From Trichoplax adhaerens (lineage: Eukaryota > Animalia > Placozoa): a DNA stretch of 64,000 nt. The DNA lies in NCBI RefSeq assembly GCF_000150275.1, contig NW_002060961.1, forward strand, positions 248,001 to 312,000, read 5' to 3'. How positions within the stretch are numbered: the first letter of the stretch is position 1; each line of letters begins with the position of its first letter. The translations under genes and the position numbers were made by a program. Shown here one piece after another: positions 27,447 to 42,145 of the stretch. The notes below the pieces were generated by a model, which had not been told where the DNA came from, did not search any database, and saw only the letters and a program-made list of their open reading frames with translations.

Positions 27447-29026
27447 TATTCCATCAATGACAGCATCACCAGTGGGTAAAAGAAGATTACTACTAAGCGT
27501 TGTAATGGCAACGTTTACTTTCCACACCTAAGTCGTGGACGATTCAATTGGCATTATCACTAAATTGTTGATGGCTTGCTTTGCCAATGTAAATCACACC
27601 AAATACGCGTGTCCAATTTGCTAATCTCGATTCTCCAATAACCTAAATCCACTAAAGGAATGCAGTTTTCAAGTCGATTAATTCAATCGATGATCAGTCG
27701 TAAGAGCTCGGCTAGAATCGTTTGGACGTCCATGTCCAGTAGAAAGGAATTGGATCTCCACCAACAACTTGATCGCGGAATGCCTTGCCCTTCGTTGCCA
27801 ACTACAACAGCCGGTGGTGGGTATTAATTCATTATGGTGGGCTGCTGTCCTATACTGTACAGTATGACGACAGCCCCTCTCTCGCAGCAGTCCCGGTGTG
27901 ATCTGTATATTCGTCAGTCCGAAACTCGAGCTGTCCCATGTCCAGTTGTCCATGGCAGACTCGTTGTCGTACTGGACGACAATAGCGTTGCGGTCCAATG
28001 GATTGTTGAAACGATTTTTCTATCCATTTCTCTTTCTCTCTGCTGTCTCTACAACACTCCGACAGTACAGTACCCTTGTAAAAATATTTATGCACTACTA
28101 GGCAGGGCTGCTGTCTTGATGCTTTTAATGTGGACTCCATATCACCGCAGCTTCTACCGCTAATCCTCTATGGTTTCCACCACAGAAGCAGCGGTGGATT
28201 GACTTTGTAACACTAGTGTATCGTCTGACGTAAAACTATTGTCGCCATTCTGTCGCCATACCTACAGTACTCAGGACTGTGGCATTGAATTTGCACTCTG
28301 ATAGGCGTCGGCTCGAAATTTTTCATTCAGTCACTGCAACTAATCGATTGGCAGACATACTAGATTTACAGTACCAGTCCACCACAGTGCAAAGTATTGT
28401 CGCTCAAGAAAGAGCGACAACATTTGAACGCCAGACCTGAACAGTACCTCCAGTACTATTGCAGCCAGGGGTCTTGCGTGTACTGTACTGTACGGCGCAT
28501 GCACACCATTAGCACGCGTGCAACGTGAGTGTCTTGTACGCTTGCGCACAAGGCCCTAGTACCCAGGGATGGCTCCGTACTGTAGGGTACGGATGGCCAG
28601 CATGAAGGACTATCCAACAGACAGCCTGTGGCCAAAGGCTACTTATTGGCATCAATGTCTGTCTACTTTCCATAGTAATAGACTGGCACTAGGCTGTCAA
28701 ATAGACTATTAGTAGGCAAAATCCAAGCACACCACTGGTACTGGGATCCATCTTCTAATGGTGGCATCGTTCTCCATTCCATGCAATATTGATGCGTTGC
28801 TGTTGCTATTCCATGTGCAATTATTGGAGTGATTTATCCGATTGCGGGCAACACGTCGATTAGAAGCACTGAAGACAGAGAGATCAGAAGATTGGATTGA
28901 AAATTCAATCTTGCAGGAGTGTAGTTGGAGCAGTAATAATCGCTGAACTATTAGCAATACCTTTGTAGGAGTCTTGCATTAACAACAGAAAGGAGGTGGT
29001 CCTGGTCAAAATCGATCGCTTCCATC

Positions 29027-29897
29027 ATGCTTTCAACACTCTATTCTACGCTCTACTGTCGTCCACAAATTGCTCGTCCAATGCTAATGGCGGCGTATTC
29101 GTTACAAACTCGAAATGCTATGACATCGCCAAGTCGTAAGCCTCGAATTGATCGCAAAACGATGCAACGAATTGATAGAAATCGCCAGAAATTAGAAACA
29201 TTAAGGGCAGCTTATGAAGATGATCTAAGTCAAATTTTAACTACATCCAATGTCTACAATGCAGCCTTGTTCGATTTACCCATTCGAATGGGTCGACCAA
29301 TTAAACCTGAAGTTTTACCGCCTCGAGCTGCTGGAAATATCGAGCTATTAAAAATTCCCAATTTCTTTCACTTAACACCTCAAAAAGTGCGACGTGATAC
29401 CGATGCTTTAAAAGCACTATGCAATGCGTGGCCGAGCAAGATCAAGCGTAGACCTATACGCATTTATTCACGCAATTATTTGTACGCAGGGCCTTCTGTG
29501 GCTCATCCTAAATCCCACTTTGTCAAATTGGAGGTAAAGCATTTCAATCAATATTGATAAAAAAAAAATAATAATAATACATCACTTTTACTGCTGTACG
29601 AGAGTCTACATCACCATTGGAAGCTACCCTAGTTGCGCTAAAGAAGCTATACTTGTATCAGGACATTCCGTTACTGACACGACACTTTTCCTTTCCTACT
29701 TTTGCTAGGTCAATATCAACGATCTACCACTCAATGAATCTGCAAGAAAACGATTGATGGCTCTTGCAGGAAATTACTATGATGCAGAGACCAACTTGCT
29801 AACGCTAGTAGGCAATAAATGTCCAACTAGAAAACAAAATAGAGAGTATGTAATGTATTTATTAACAGCTTTAATACTAGAGTCTAAAAAATGCTAA
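29027..29897 (+). CDS. MRPS35: Mitochondrial 28S ribosomal protein S35 (mS35)
   Basis: Exons 29027-29533 and 29709-29897. Diagnostic segments LPIRMG...GNIELLKIPNFFHLTP...LKALCNAWP, GPSVAHP and CPTRKQNREYVMYLLTAL. Arg/Ser-rich transit-like N-terminus. Confidence 0.93.
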
Positions 29898-30419
29898 TAA
29901 TAAAAAATACTTTATATATTGTTGCACATGACGATCATTAAAGATGATCTACGTATGAATAACTGCTTGAAACAAGTCTAAAATATGAAATGGGATAGGC
30001 ATGCCCGTGTAAAACCAGTGATATCATGCATTATTTTATATACGTAGCTTTGCAATAGATCGTAAGGATAAATCAAAGTCCAACATTAATGTATTACTAA
30101 AGTGAAGATTACATCGCTGAAGGCGATACAATGGCTTGCTGAAATGATATATCTTTATCGCTTGTCAATATCCATCAATCGCCGTTAAATTCTTATTGAT
30201 AATGCTGTCAAGAATGCTTCTTGTAAATTGATTAAGCTTGTCGTATTTAGTGTACGCATTCCTATCCAACGAACGAAGCACATTACTTTTACCTGATACA
30301 GATCCAGTATACTGTATTAATTCTAGATTATGTAGCTTTTCTATTTCAATATGATAATGGTGGCTCAATGAAATACTTTTATCCTGGCAATGATGAAGTT
30401 AGACAGCAAAAGAACACGT

Positions 30420-31140
30420 TGTACAATTTTGCTACTAGGACAGCTTATCGTATTAAGCGGTCGGTATTAATAAATTGAATTTGAACTTGACAGATCTGCC
30501 ACACTTCCAATATGAAATCGACAGCAGTCTATATCTCTAATATTTGAAGAAGCAAAAATAATGTAGTACTATTGATTGATCAATTAATAGGACAACTTAT
30601 CCTATGATGTAGTATTATGAATAGATTAAATTCAAATTTTATAAAGGTCTTCACAGCGGTATTTCTAGAAATATACTGATTTGCCATACTTGTACAATGA
30701 AAGAAAGACGATAGATATTGTACTGCATTGCTTGGCATCAATGAATTGAATTTAAATTTTAGTAAGGTCATTACAGTAATATCCAAATCCACTGATCTAC
30801 CATATTTCCATTATACTGTACTGTATATATGAAAGAAATCGACAGCAGTATCTTTACTGCTGTAAGAAGCAAAAATAACACATTGCAAATTGATTGATTA
30901 TAACACGATAGATTATCGTATAATGCGGTATTTATTTAATGCAAATTGTACAAAGATCTTGACCGCAGTATAGAAATTAGCTAATATTTGGTACGCTTCC
31001 AATATGAATGATATCTACAGTACAGCTTTAGTAATATCTGTAATGCTAAAACTGCAAAATAACTCGTTATATATACAGTATAATTTACCTAATCATGCAA
31101 CAAGCTATCGTATCATGCAGTATTAATCATAGACAGTACA
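30420..31140. repeat. Old, diverged tandem repeat in the MRPS35-REPS convergent intergenic region
   Basis: aaatcgacagcagt...aagaagcaaaaataa...ttgattgat...ttatc(g/c)ta recurs at about 30515 and 30836, and more degenerately near 31000-31130. Confidence 0.6.
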
Positions 31141-33707
31141 AGCTAATCTAAACTATTATCTAGCACACCACCGAAATAGAAAAATTTATATCTATCTACA
31201 TTAGTTGAAATAGTTAAAATTAACAAAACGATAAATCTCTATATTAATCTTAGCTACATGGTAATGCTTTTAGCTGCCAATGTTGCATAGAATTGAAAGT
31301 CTGCGATATGTAATTACTATACATGCTACTGTCATTGAAATCGGTGACATTTTCATTAAAAGAAAATACTGTAACAATTTTTATACCAATCAGCCAAGAG
31401 TAAAACTCAAAATTGGTAACAGCTTATTTAATTTAATTTTCTATTAGCTAAATTTTTGCTAAGCTGAGTTAGTTAATCCTATGTAGTCTTTAGCATAATA
31501 AATTAATATTGCAGTTACCAACTAGCAAGCGTTAAGCCATTCATTATTCTCATCTCATTTATTTAATGGAATTTTTTGTGACATTTTTAGCCGGCTGAGT
31601 TAGTTACAATAGACAGTAATGTCAATACAAGGTACCTATTTCGCTTTAGCAAAGTAAATTAATGTTATATTTTCGTAGTTAGCCAAGAGTAAAATCCTAA
31701 ATTAAAACAGTATTACAATTAATCACTTGTAAAACCATACATAATTATCATTTCACATCTTTAAATTGAAATCTTTTTCCATTTTTGCATGGCTGAGTTA
31801 GTCAATCTTAATCATTGCATTATGAACAGGTGCCTAAATTATTTTTTTAAGATCAATTATAAAGCTTTTTGCCTTTGAACGGAATTATCTGAAATCACTT
31901 AGCGACTCAAATCTCTCTGTAAAACAAGCCATAAAGATAGAGTATTTCATTTACTAAGTTTACAATTATTATTACATAGGAGTATGATAGACTGCTATAA
32001 TTTTACGTTAATCCTTCTCTTACATTCTACCTCCATTCTGTACTTATACGTCACCTACCATATAATTACATACACTGATTTACGGTTACAGATTTGATAT
32101 TGACTACTTACTAAATCTGCCTTATCTTTATTACGTTACAGTTTCCTAATAAACTTTACATTATTTTATACGCTATACAAGATTGATTACTTAATTCAAG
32201 CAGTATTATGAACTACGAACCACATACATAATAATGATGTAATTCCCAAATTTTCTTAATAGATACCTATATTTATATAATTACTTCACATTTTAGTCGG
32301 TAATGTTTATATAATTTTATTTACGAATCATATACGATTAACCAGCAGACACCACTCGAAAGAAAACAATATTGAAGATAAATACAATACAATAAAAAAC
32401 CATATACTATATATGTGTTCAATATATATACATAATATCATTGGACTAAACATAAGAACGACTTACGATATTTTAATAAATTTTTATCACTTAAAATGTT
32501 GTACTGTACTGTACAGTACAAACTTTTCGCTTGCACGTTTCCAGTAATGTATTGCCTCCGACTAAATACGATTATTATCAGCAACGTTCAATCATAGATT
32601 CGTTACCGTTGCTGTTATAATTTTAAAGTACAGGGTATATGCAGTATGATAATGATAGTATGAAAGAACTATAAAAAATAGATTCAGTTCCAGCAGAAAG
32701 TCAGAGCAAAAAAATATTTAGATACATTATAGGAAAAGTTGTTATGTTAACATAAATCAACAAAGAAATTAAATGAATCTTTAATCAATGACCGCGAGAT
32801 TATTAACAAAGCAACAAAGACTAGGTCTACGCAACGTTTGATTATGACTATAAATGTTACATCAGAAACCTCGTATTACATAGATGAACATCCTTCCCCA
32901 AGTGCACACAACTAATTTCGCTGACTTTTTCTAAAGCGTCTCACAACGAAGTATATATTTAACTATGTCGTAAAATAGAATATTACGTTCACACTAAATC
33001 AAGCCACCAAAGGTTACACAATTAAAACCGTTCAATGATAAAATAGTAATTCTTAACATTTCGACGGAGGTACGGTAACTGATGTAATTGTATTTCTAAA
33101 ATAGATTAACATCATAGTTGAGATATATATAAGGTTATAATACGACTGGCAGATCATAGAAATCCATACAAAAATAATTCTTTTGATTGTGCCAATTAAT
33201 CATTAGTAAAATTGAGATATCGATAAATATAATATCAATATACTTGGATATATCGAACAGCATTAACAAATATCTCAATTAAATTAAATATATACATAGT
33301 ACCCATCTGCAAGAATTGACAATTCCACTAACCTTACAATACAAGTAGAACATATATCAACATAACAATAAACCAAGATTATTAGTAGATATATAACGAA
33401 AAAAGTTAAATTGTAACAATTAGAAACTTATAAACTCAATTCCCTGCATGAATAAAGATACTTAGAGAAGTAGCTTTAAAATAACATAAATTTATTCAAG
33501 TAAAATACATAACCCACAGCATGTATTAGTGCATACAAAGCCAGTTTGAACTTTATGTTTGTCTGATAGTCGCACCTGAACACAATTTATCTATTGAAAA
33601 TAATATTGTAAAATAAATCTTGTATTTATATACTAAGTATACTCTCGTCTCTTATTGTAATCCATAACTTGTGTATGTTATCATTCCGAAATTTCGATCA
33701 GAAAACT

Positions 33708-36700
33708 TTACGACTGCACTCCATGACGCTGCTTCAACTGCCTTAACTTAATTTCAAGCTTCGTACGCTCCTTCATAATCTACAGGAATGTGATCAAAAT
33801 ACTGTAAATAAATAATATTACTACTATTCGAATAACACCCAACAATTTTTTTGGCGACAAATGTAATTTTAATGCACATACCGTTTTCAGTTGCATTTCT
33901 AAATCAGCATTCATACGACTTAAGAGCAAATTATTTTCCTTTAACGCCTGCATATCATCTCCGTGTTCAGTCGAATTTCTCCTGTATTGTGAAGTAAGTC
34001 AGATAATACTTCATAAAGCCTGATAAATGAAACGAATTATTGCCTTTACAACTTACAGGTTCACTTCAGCAGCTGTTTGTTTCTGTTTAGGTACCGGTGG
34101 AACAGCCGATTCCTTTTTGGTATTGTCTACCTCACTCACATTGACTTTTCCATCAACCTAGCGATATCAGTAAATGTTATACATACAAGTGTATACGATA
34201 CACAATTACCATAATCATTATAAAATATTATTCCAGTATCAGAAGATTGAAGGATTTACCATGTCATTACTACTTTCGCTTTTCTCTTCATCCACCAATT
34301 TTTCCAATTTGACCTCTACGATAAAAATAGAGATATAAGCGATAACTTTCAATATATATTATATCAAGCTTTGAAGCAACCCACTTGAATATATAATTTT
34401 AAACACGAAATATTATAGCAAAATTAACGTAGTAAACTTACTGATAGAATCAACTGAGGTAGAAGTAGGTAATTTAGAAGTAGGTATTCCAGTATTCGTT
34501 CCTACCAGATCAAGCTAAAAGATACACGTTTTGCAATTACTCTTAAAGTTTAAAAACTTAACTCATCCTCTATTTAACATAAGACACGATAACAAGTAAA
34601 TGACATTCTCTGTATTCCCTCTATTACCAAGTGTCACATCCACTATGAAAAATTAGTTCAATTTACGAACTGCAGTCTATAGAGGTACAGCGACACTTCC
34701 AGCTCTATACAACACTAACCTGATCTAAATTGAGTGACATAGACCGCCTATGACCTTTTTCAGTTGTAACAGTATTGATAGCAACCGCAATTTTTTCAGC
34801 TCTACTTTGCTTGTCAATGTTGTCGAAATTGGCAAAATTAGGCACTTCAGAAGTGATTTGATTTGCAGTAGAAACTTCTGATCGCTTGTCGATCTTTTCC
34901 TCAGTAATGCGGTGTTCTTCAGCTACAACTTCAGATACATTCGCCTATAACGATCACGATAAAATAACGTCTTATTTACAATAGAAGTAAAGCAAATTAA
35001 ATTAAAAACTATCAATTTTAGCAACTTATTTAGTAACATAAGGTTTGTGTACTAATCAATAGCTTAGTATTCTTAGAATTTATGACATTCATCGGTAATG
35101 AATAAATTTAATTTATTGTAGAAGTCACATACGACATTGTTTGTAGTAGAAGCTTCCGCTAGTTTCTTATTAAGATTAGAAATTGGTAAAACGTTAAGGG
35201 ATGAAGTACGTAGATTCGGAGAAATTCTCGGCCGTGGAGTTGCGGACTTCCCTCCCGTTACTGTAATCATTCAAAGATAAGTCATCTGGATATGCGCAAG
35301 CATTGAATAAAATGCGATCTTTAACGTACTAAGTAATCCTTCATACCTTTACTAGCAGACGCAGAAAGAATTTGTGATTTACTTGGAGGAGGAGCCAACT
35401 TAATTGCATCAGTTTTCTTTGATACCTTTCAATAAAAAGAAGATAACAATACGGTAAAAATGTACCTTTAACTTGAACAAAGACTGCAATACGCAACAAT
35501 ATGCAGCATTGAATTGCAACAGTGGCCCGAAAATCGGACTACTGTCAAGTCAGCGCATAGTGCAAGTCACTAATGTGCACTTATGCAGTATAGCAAAATG
35601 TATTCCACAAATAGAAACGTTATACTTACTTTTACAGATTCTGGAGTAGTGGCCTGAATGCTCTGCGGCTGCCCTTCTGATGGGGCTGGTAAATTTTGCT
35701 GCATAGACTGTGGTTGAGAAAGTGGCTGTGGCAATACTGACGGCTGTGGTTGCATTTGTGGTTCATTCGCCATGGCTGTAAATGCCGTAGGATCAGATAA
35801 ATTTCTAAATCTACCATCAGTTCTTGTAACCTGAGGCTGCTTAAGAGGTCCAGAAATGGCATCCTAACGTAAAATTTAACGGATAATGCTTTCATATGTG
35901 ATATTCATGAAAATGCCGATTAGCAAGGAATACATTTACCCTTATAATTAATTCAAAGGGCAAAATAATAATTATAATCAGTAGGACCTGTTACTACAAA
36001 GCATTCAGTATGCTATTCAGTAGTCTAACACGTTTGTATGCATCATATGTATTGAAATTTTGAGTTTACTTTCATAACAATTTTTTTTAATTGTTAAGGA
36101 ATACCTCAGTATGCATTTGATCTACTGGTCGCTTGGCAGGTGAAGCCGATGACGAATCAATCCAATCACTCCCACTTTTAATATTAGGTGGTATCATTGC
36201 AGTAGCTGATGACCAACTAGGTGCCGGCATAGGCTGAGACTGTTCCGAAGCATTTTTAAACGGACTACCGAAAGCTTGAGATGTCTTGACAGGAGTAGTA
36301 GTTACTTGAGTATTTTTAATCGTAGCAATCGTAGTAGGTGTATTAGGCTGATTAGAAACTCGTGTAGTCTTTGCCGGTGTAGTGGAAACAGCAGCAGGGA
36401 CTACAGATGATGGAGGTGGTGGACTATCAGATTGGATTGGTAACTCTAAAGCAAATGGATCAGCTAATAAAAGAATAAAGAATACATTCAGTGAATTCTT
36501 AAAACTTTAACGTTACTATTAGAAGGCAATTTGTCGAAGAATATTGCTACCTTCTCTTTCTAAAGCAGTCGGAAGTGTGTCCGGAACTTTAAGCCCATGC
36601 TTCCTGCATATCACCAAATGCATAGCAATACAAAATTCCGCTAAATTTAAAGCATTATCCATATTCACATCAGCCAACTTCCAAATTTTGCTCAATTCTT

Positions 36701-39700
36701 GTTTATCAAGTTTGGATTTTAAGAAATGATTTTTAGCAATTGCTCCAGAAACCAAACCCGTTTCGTCATCTTTTACTAACGTCAAAAATTGTTTCTCGTA
36801 AATATCACGTTGTTGCGATTTTATCTCCCATCTTGAATCATCGCGGTCTGCTTCTATCAATTTCGAGTTTTGGTTTGCGCTAGATGTTCGAGAGGTAGAT
36901 TGAGAAATAGCGCCTTGTTGTTGCGTAACTGGTTGAGAGGATTCATTTTGAGACTGTTGAGTTTGATTCCCATTAGAAGAAGCAGTCAGTGGAAAATTTG
37001 CCCAACCTGGGTTCGCTTGTGAGGCTTGCGTAGAGTCAGATGATGCAAAATTAGCCCAATTACCTCCACTGTGTCCACTATTAGTAAAGATTTGACTATC
37101 AGTCATGGAACGAGAGGATTTAACCTCAATAGGAGACTGTGGAGGTGACATTGAAGGAGGCGAAGTCGTTTGTCCAGATCTTGATGAAAACGAAATATCG
37201 GTGCGCACAGAGGATGAAATAACTTGATCTGAACGTTTACCAGATGTTGGTGGTGGAGGAATTAATGGTGCGGGTCGAGCTTTATTAACAGGCTCACTAT
37301 CCGTTTTATCTTGGGCTACTTAAATTCAACACCAAAAGTATTTTTAGAATCTTTACAAAGTAAATAAATGGGTTGATCATCCCGCAGTCTATCAGTAGCT
37401 AATCAATGTAAACTATTCATTATAACGTCTTTAAGCTACCACAACGGTACTCAATAACAACTTCTACAATCCAGCGATAGTCTAAATACAAACATTAATA
37501 CATTGAAGTTCTTTTACCTTCGCTTAATACCGTTTGAACAATGCCTGGATCAATTGCAGCCAAAGGCGGAGCATTATCATCTGCAACAGTGGTCATACTA
37601 TTAGCACTTAAATCTATTATTTGCAATCGCTAAAAAAAGAAGAGATTGACGAATTGTGCAGGGTATACGTATATCCTTCAGTACTGGCGCTCGATATTAA
37701 AATCACTAATTTACGAGTATTACATAAGACATAAAAGTGTACAATATATTAACAACGATGAGAACAGATTGTGATTATCTACCGTAAACACTATTTGAGA
37801 GCAATATAACATTACTCATATCAATTGCAATTATTGATCAAGATTAAGTTAATCAAAAAATATGCGCTATAATAAAAGTACTTACTGGAATCGTAGCTTT
37901 CCAAGTCTAGATCATTTTGTGCCATAGCAATCAAACGTAAAACGATACTGAATTGACTTTGATTGAAAAAATGTAGTCTGTCAAAACCGCTTATTTGCAA
38001 TATCTAAATTTGGATAGGCAACAAAATATCATTTTACTTAGTATAAATAATTGAAAAGCATTGAAGTGTATCGTAGCTAGCAAGTCTTAACGCTGCCTTA
38101 TCATGTGGGTAAGCGATTAACTGGTCAAAATTGAATAGTAACTAATTTTTATACCCCATTGATCTATTCTATACCCTCGATGGGAATGCAAGCGCGTTGC
38201 TACTAGAGCGGGTGGCAAGTAATTAATGTACCTTTCAAATGGAACTAAAGTTCTTTCAAATAGTTTTGAAGATTTGCTAAAATAGTATCATGTAGCGTTT
38301 ATTGGCTTCCCTCCATTCCTACCTACACAGACGCTACTGGATTAACCTTTAAACTACTATTGGATATTTAGTACTTGTAATGCGCAATGCTCAAGTACCA
38401 AGCGATTTAGCCAAGATTTCAACAGCGCCTACGTAAAGTATTTCAGTTAAGTGTTGGAATAAGTCAATTTTATCATTACAGTCATCTCAGTTCTGCTGAC
38501 GGGATTACCCAAATTTGTACTTGTTGTCCATGCCTGTATAGTACATGAATAGCATGTAACAGGAGATCATTTAACTTGGTGAGCTATGGATAATTATAAT
38601 GGACTTTTTATCGTCCATTCTAAATTGCGTTATAGGATATCCATAAGTAGATAATTATTTCTTTTTAGACTTTGTAATTACTGTAATACATATCCGCAAC
38701 AGTATTATAGTAATGGATTCTATTGTTTACTTTTGGTTAAAATAAAATTCTAGTAGTAATTTTTTTTCTCATCCTTCATGAGTAGCAGGTCATGCTGTAG
38801 AAAGGCTCGATGGAAAACTTGGGTAGAGACAGCAGTACGGATTTCAGGAGGTATTTATCTAATACAGTACAGCAAGATCACAACATGATTATCCTGCTTT
38901 TCGAAATCCATGGTAATAAAACACCTGGTATTATTATTATTATGTCTGTTTAATATGGTGCTAGACTGGTCATGAACAATCACAAGTATGATACGTTTTA
39001 TTTTGTCCTTTTTTCTCTAAATAGCTCTACTGCACTGTATAACGCTTTACGATCTCCTGAATTTGACATGGTCAATCATCAGTATGGTGTTTTGGGTAGT
39101 TATGTCAATCCACGACTTGGATTCGATAAAGAATGTTTGTCTACGTATACTTGTAGCCAGCATCGTTTTAGTTGGAGTTGTTTCATGCCAACTCTATAAA
39201 TGGAATTAAAAGCTGCTAAAGTGGCATTTCTTGTAGTGTAGCAGTATAATCGAATTAGTGATAATTTCCAAATCTCAATTCAATTACAGATTACATCCTT
39301 TCCAAGTAGTACAGTAAAGTTGCAATTTCAATTTAGCGCACTCGAGATAGCCCATTTTGCAAGTACTGTAGAGGCACTTTCTATCGCTTTATGATTTTGC
39401 ATTGATTAGGCATACACATCCATGAGTGTACAATTAGTGTTGGGTTATGGCAACTGCAGGAATTGAATCGAAAACTACTCAACTGACACGTACTGTCTGT
39501 CTATATGCGTATAATTGAATTGATAATAATTTTTAAATCACGGTATGGTGTGCTCATTGTAGTGGCTAAAATTGAATTACAAGCTACCCAACTACCTCAC
39601 TTCTAAGTAGTACAGTCGAGTTTTACTTCTCCTACGCGTATTTATTTATTTATTCATTTTGCAACATGCTACTATGTACAATGAGGATAAAAAGTGTTTC

Positions 39701-41491
39701 TCTTCAAGCTACTAAAGAGTATGGTAAGGGTTGAAAATGATGGAGAAGTATAATCATGTTGGTAGACATGTTGATCCGACACAACTTTTGACCTGAAATG
39801 ACCAACAATCCTGCCTCGCCCTGTTGACAGAATTGCAAGTATACTGTATTTACTTTTCAATTCATTATTGCACTTTGTGCACAAGGTTACGGGTAGGAAT
39901 ACTGGCATTTCACAGTTGAAAAGTGGCGGTCGATAGTGACTGTTGAAAATAAAAGAGCCAACTATCTGATAGTTGTTAGGCAAAGTTGGATGAAATTTGA
40001 CATACTGTAACGCCATCTAGCAATGAACAATAAAGCGAAAATAGCATCATCGTTGCACTTGACTCATTTTACAACATGCTACTATGTACAATGGGGATCA
40101 AAAGTGCTACTCTTCAAGCTACTGAAGAGTGTGGTAAGGGTTGAAAATGATGGATACGAACAATCATGTAAGTAGACATGTTGATCCGACACAACTTTTG
40201 ACCTGAAATGACAAACAATCCTGCCTCCCCCTGTCGACGGAATTTCAAGTACACTGTATTTACTTTTCAATTAATTATTGCACATGGTGCACAAGGCTAC
40301 GGGTAGCATTGAAATACTGGCATTTCACAGTTGAAAAGTGGCGGTCGATAGCGATTGTTGAAAATAAAAGCGCCAACTATCTGACTTGCAAGGCAAAGTT
40401 GGTTGAAATTTGACATGCTGTAATGCCATCTAGCAATGTACAATAAAGTGAAAATAGCATCATCGTTGCACTTTACTCATTTTACAACATGTAAGTAGAC
40501 TTGTTGATCCGACACAACTTTTGACCTGAAATGACCAACAATCCTGCCTCGCCCTGTCGACAGAATTGCAAGTATACTGTATTTATTTTTCAATAAATTA
40601 TTGCAGTTCGAGCACAAGGCTACGGGTAGGAATACTGGCATTTCACAGTTGAAAAGTGGCGGTCGATAGCGACTGTTGAAAATAAAAAAGCCAACTATCT
40701 GACTTGTAAGGCAAAGTTGGTTGAAAAATTTGACATACTGAAATGCTATCTAGCAATGTACAATAAAGTGAAAATAGCATGATGGCAAAGCAAATGGCAC
40801 TGCATGGATTCAAGTGTAAATCTGACCACTGTTTGATATGGCGGTATACTCGTATGTAGAAGCGATACAATTGGGTAAGCAAAGTCATGACATGCTATGA
40901 CGATGTGTACAGTAGAAGGAGAATGGAGTAGAGTTTGCAAAGTGAGAAAGTCAATCCTACGCGTCATGAGTAAACAGTTACTGCCTACGAGTCTCCATGT
41001 TGGTTGCAATTTAGGATTAAGATGGGTCTAGACAATCTAGTGTACCTATGTAAAAAATGTCCAAATAATTGAAAGGCTGTTTACGCGTAGACAAATTGAT
41101 GGTGCTTGCAGCAAGTGAAAGACATTGCCTACTGCTGTGGAGTAGTGCAGCGTCAGTACGATCAAGCTACAATTTCCATTTACATAAATGATGCATGCCA
41201 ATTTCAAGGCGTCCATGAAGGATTGAAACAAGTTGACGGTGATGATGGTAATTGGGTTGAACGGCTCATTGCCATCGTACTTGAGCATGATTGTTGGTGA
41301 TTTTATGGTTGTCATCAAGTAGACTACTAAAGCAATCATCATCTTACCTTGACGGCCATATTATCATCCAGTCCAGCTGCTTTGATAAAACTTTTGACTC
41401 GTTCACTTTGAATTTGGCTAAGATTATCAATGTCCAGCCGTTCAAAAATTTCACCGTAACTTTGCGATTCAATCAAAGAGAGAGGCATCAT
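33708..41491 (-). CDS. REPS1: RalBP1-associated Eps15-homology domain protein (REPS1/2-like)
   Basis: Exon 1 (41348-41491, MMPLSLIESQSYGEIFERLDID...) and exon 2 (about 37887-38004, FNQSQFSIVLRLIAMAQ) form the N-terminal EH-like domain. Central EH domain WEIKSQQRDIYEKQF...LSKIWKLADVNMDNALNLAEFCIAMHL. Pro-rich and WANF motifs. C-terminal coiled coil LKENNLLLSRMNADLEMQLK-IMKERTKLEIKLRQLK, stop at 33708-33710. Confidence 0.88.
39650..40785. repeat. About 410-bp tandem repeat (roughly 2.7 copies) inside REPS intron 1
   Basis: Units start at about 39653, 40063 and 40477 (tcatttt.caacatg). High visual identity. The third unit has an internal deletion. Confidence 0.9.
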
Positions 41492-42137
41492 TTTGGCGTC
41501 GGCAATTTTCACCCAACAACAAACACTTTCAAAACAGTCTAGGCTAACGATTGCAGATGGTATGGTAGTCGATGGTAGAAAGAGCGTAAGATAGGTGGAT
41601 CAAATTGTTCTTGTCCAGTGTTTGATCTAGTAATCCTCCTGTCTACTCCGGTATAGCCAATCAAGTCTGCAATAGTATGGCAAAAACGCTCGACAATGGA
41701 CGCCAACACTCTTCTTCCAGCCCCAACTTACACGATGGACAGGCCACTTTTAACGATTTCCACTGTCATGGACTAATATACTACAACGGAACGATTGTCA
41801 TTAACAGTATAGCATCATCCATTGGCTAAACTAGGTCCACTAACTTGATTGAAGATGTCTACAGTAAATTAACAAGGCCAAATCCAATTGCAAATGGTCA
41901 ATTTCCACGTTCAAGGGAGGATGCTCTTTCCAGCTTGGATGGCAATTTTCCTACCATTAGCTTGATCTTGCCACTCGATTGCTTTGCGCTAGTCAATGCA
42001 ACCAATGGTGCGGTGGTGTTTGCTACTGTCGTGGTTGCATAGTGCAGTCTCTTTTTTTCCAGTACCATGTACTGTAGCAAGGAGAGCCAGCCCGGTACAA
42101 CCGGTAGACTACAGTGTACAGTACTTCCAAACAGGAA

Positions 42138-42145
42138 TGACGTCA
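42138..42145. promoter_or_regulatory. Perfect CRE palindrome TGACGTCA in the REPS/MPC2 divergent promoter region
   Basis: Exact 8-bp bZIP site about 650 bp upstream of the REPS ATG. Function untested. Confidence 0.4.
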
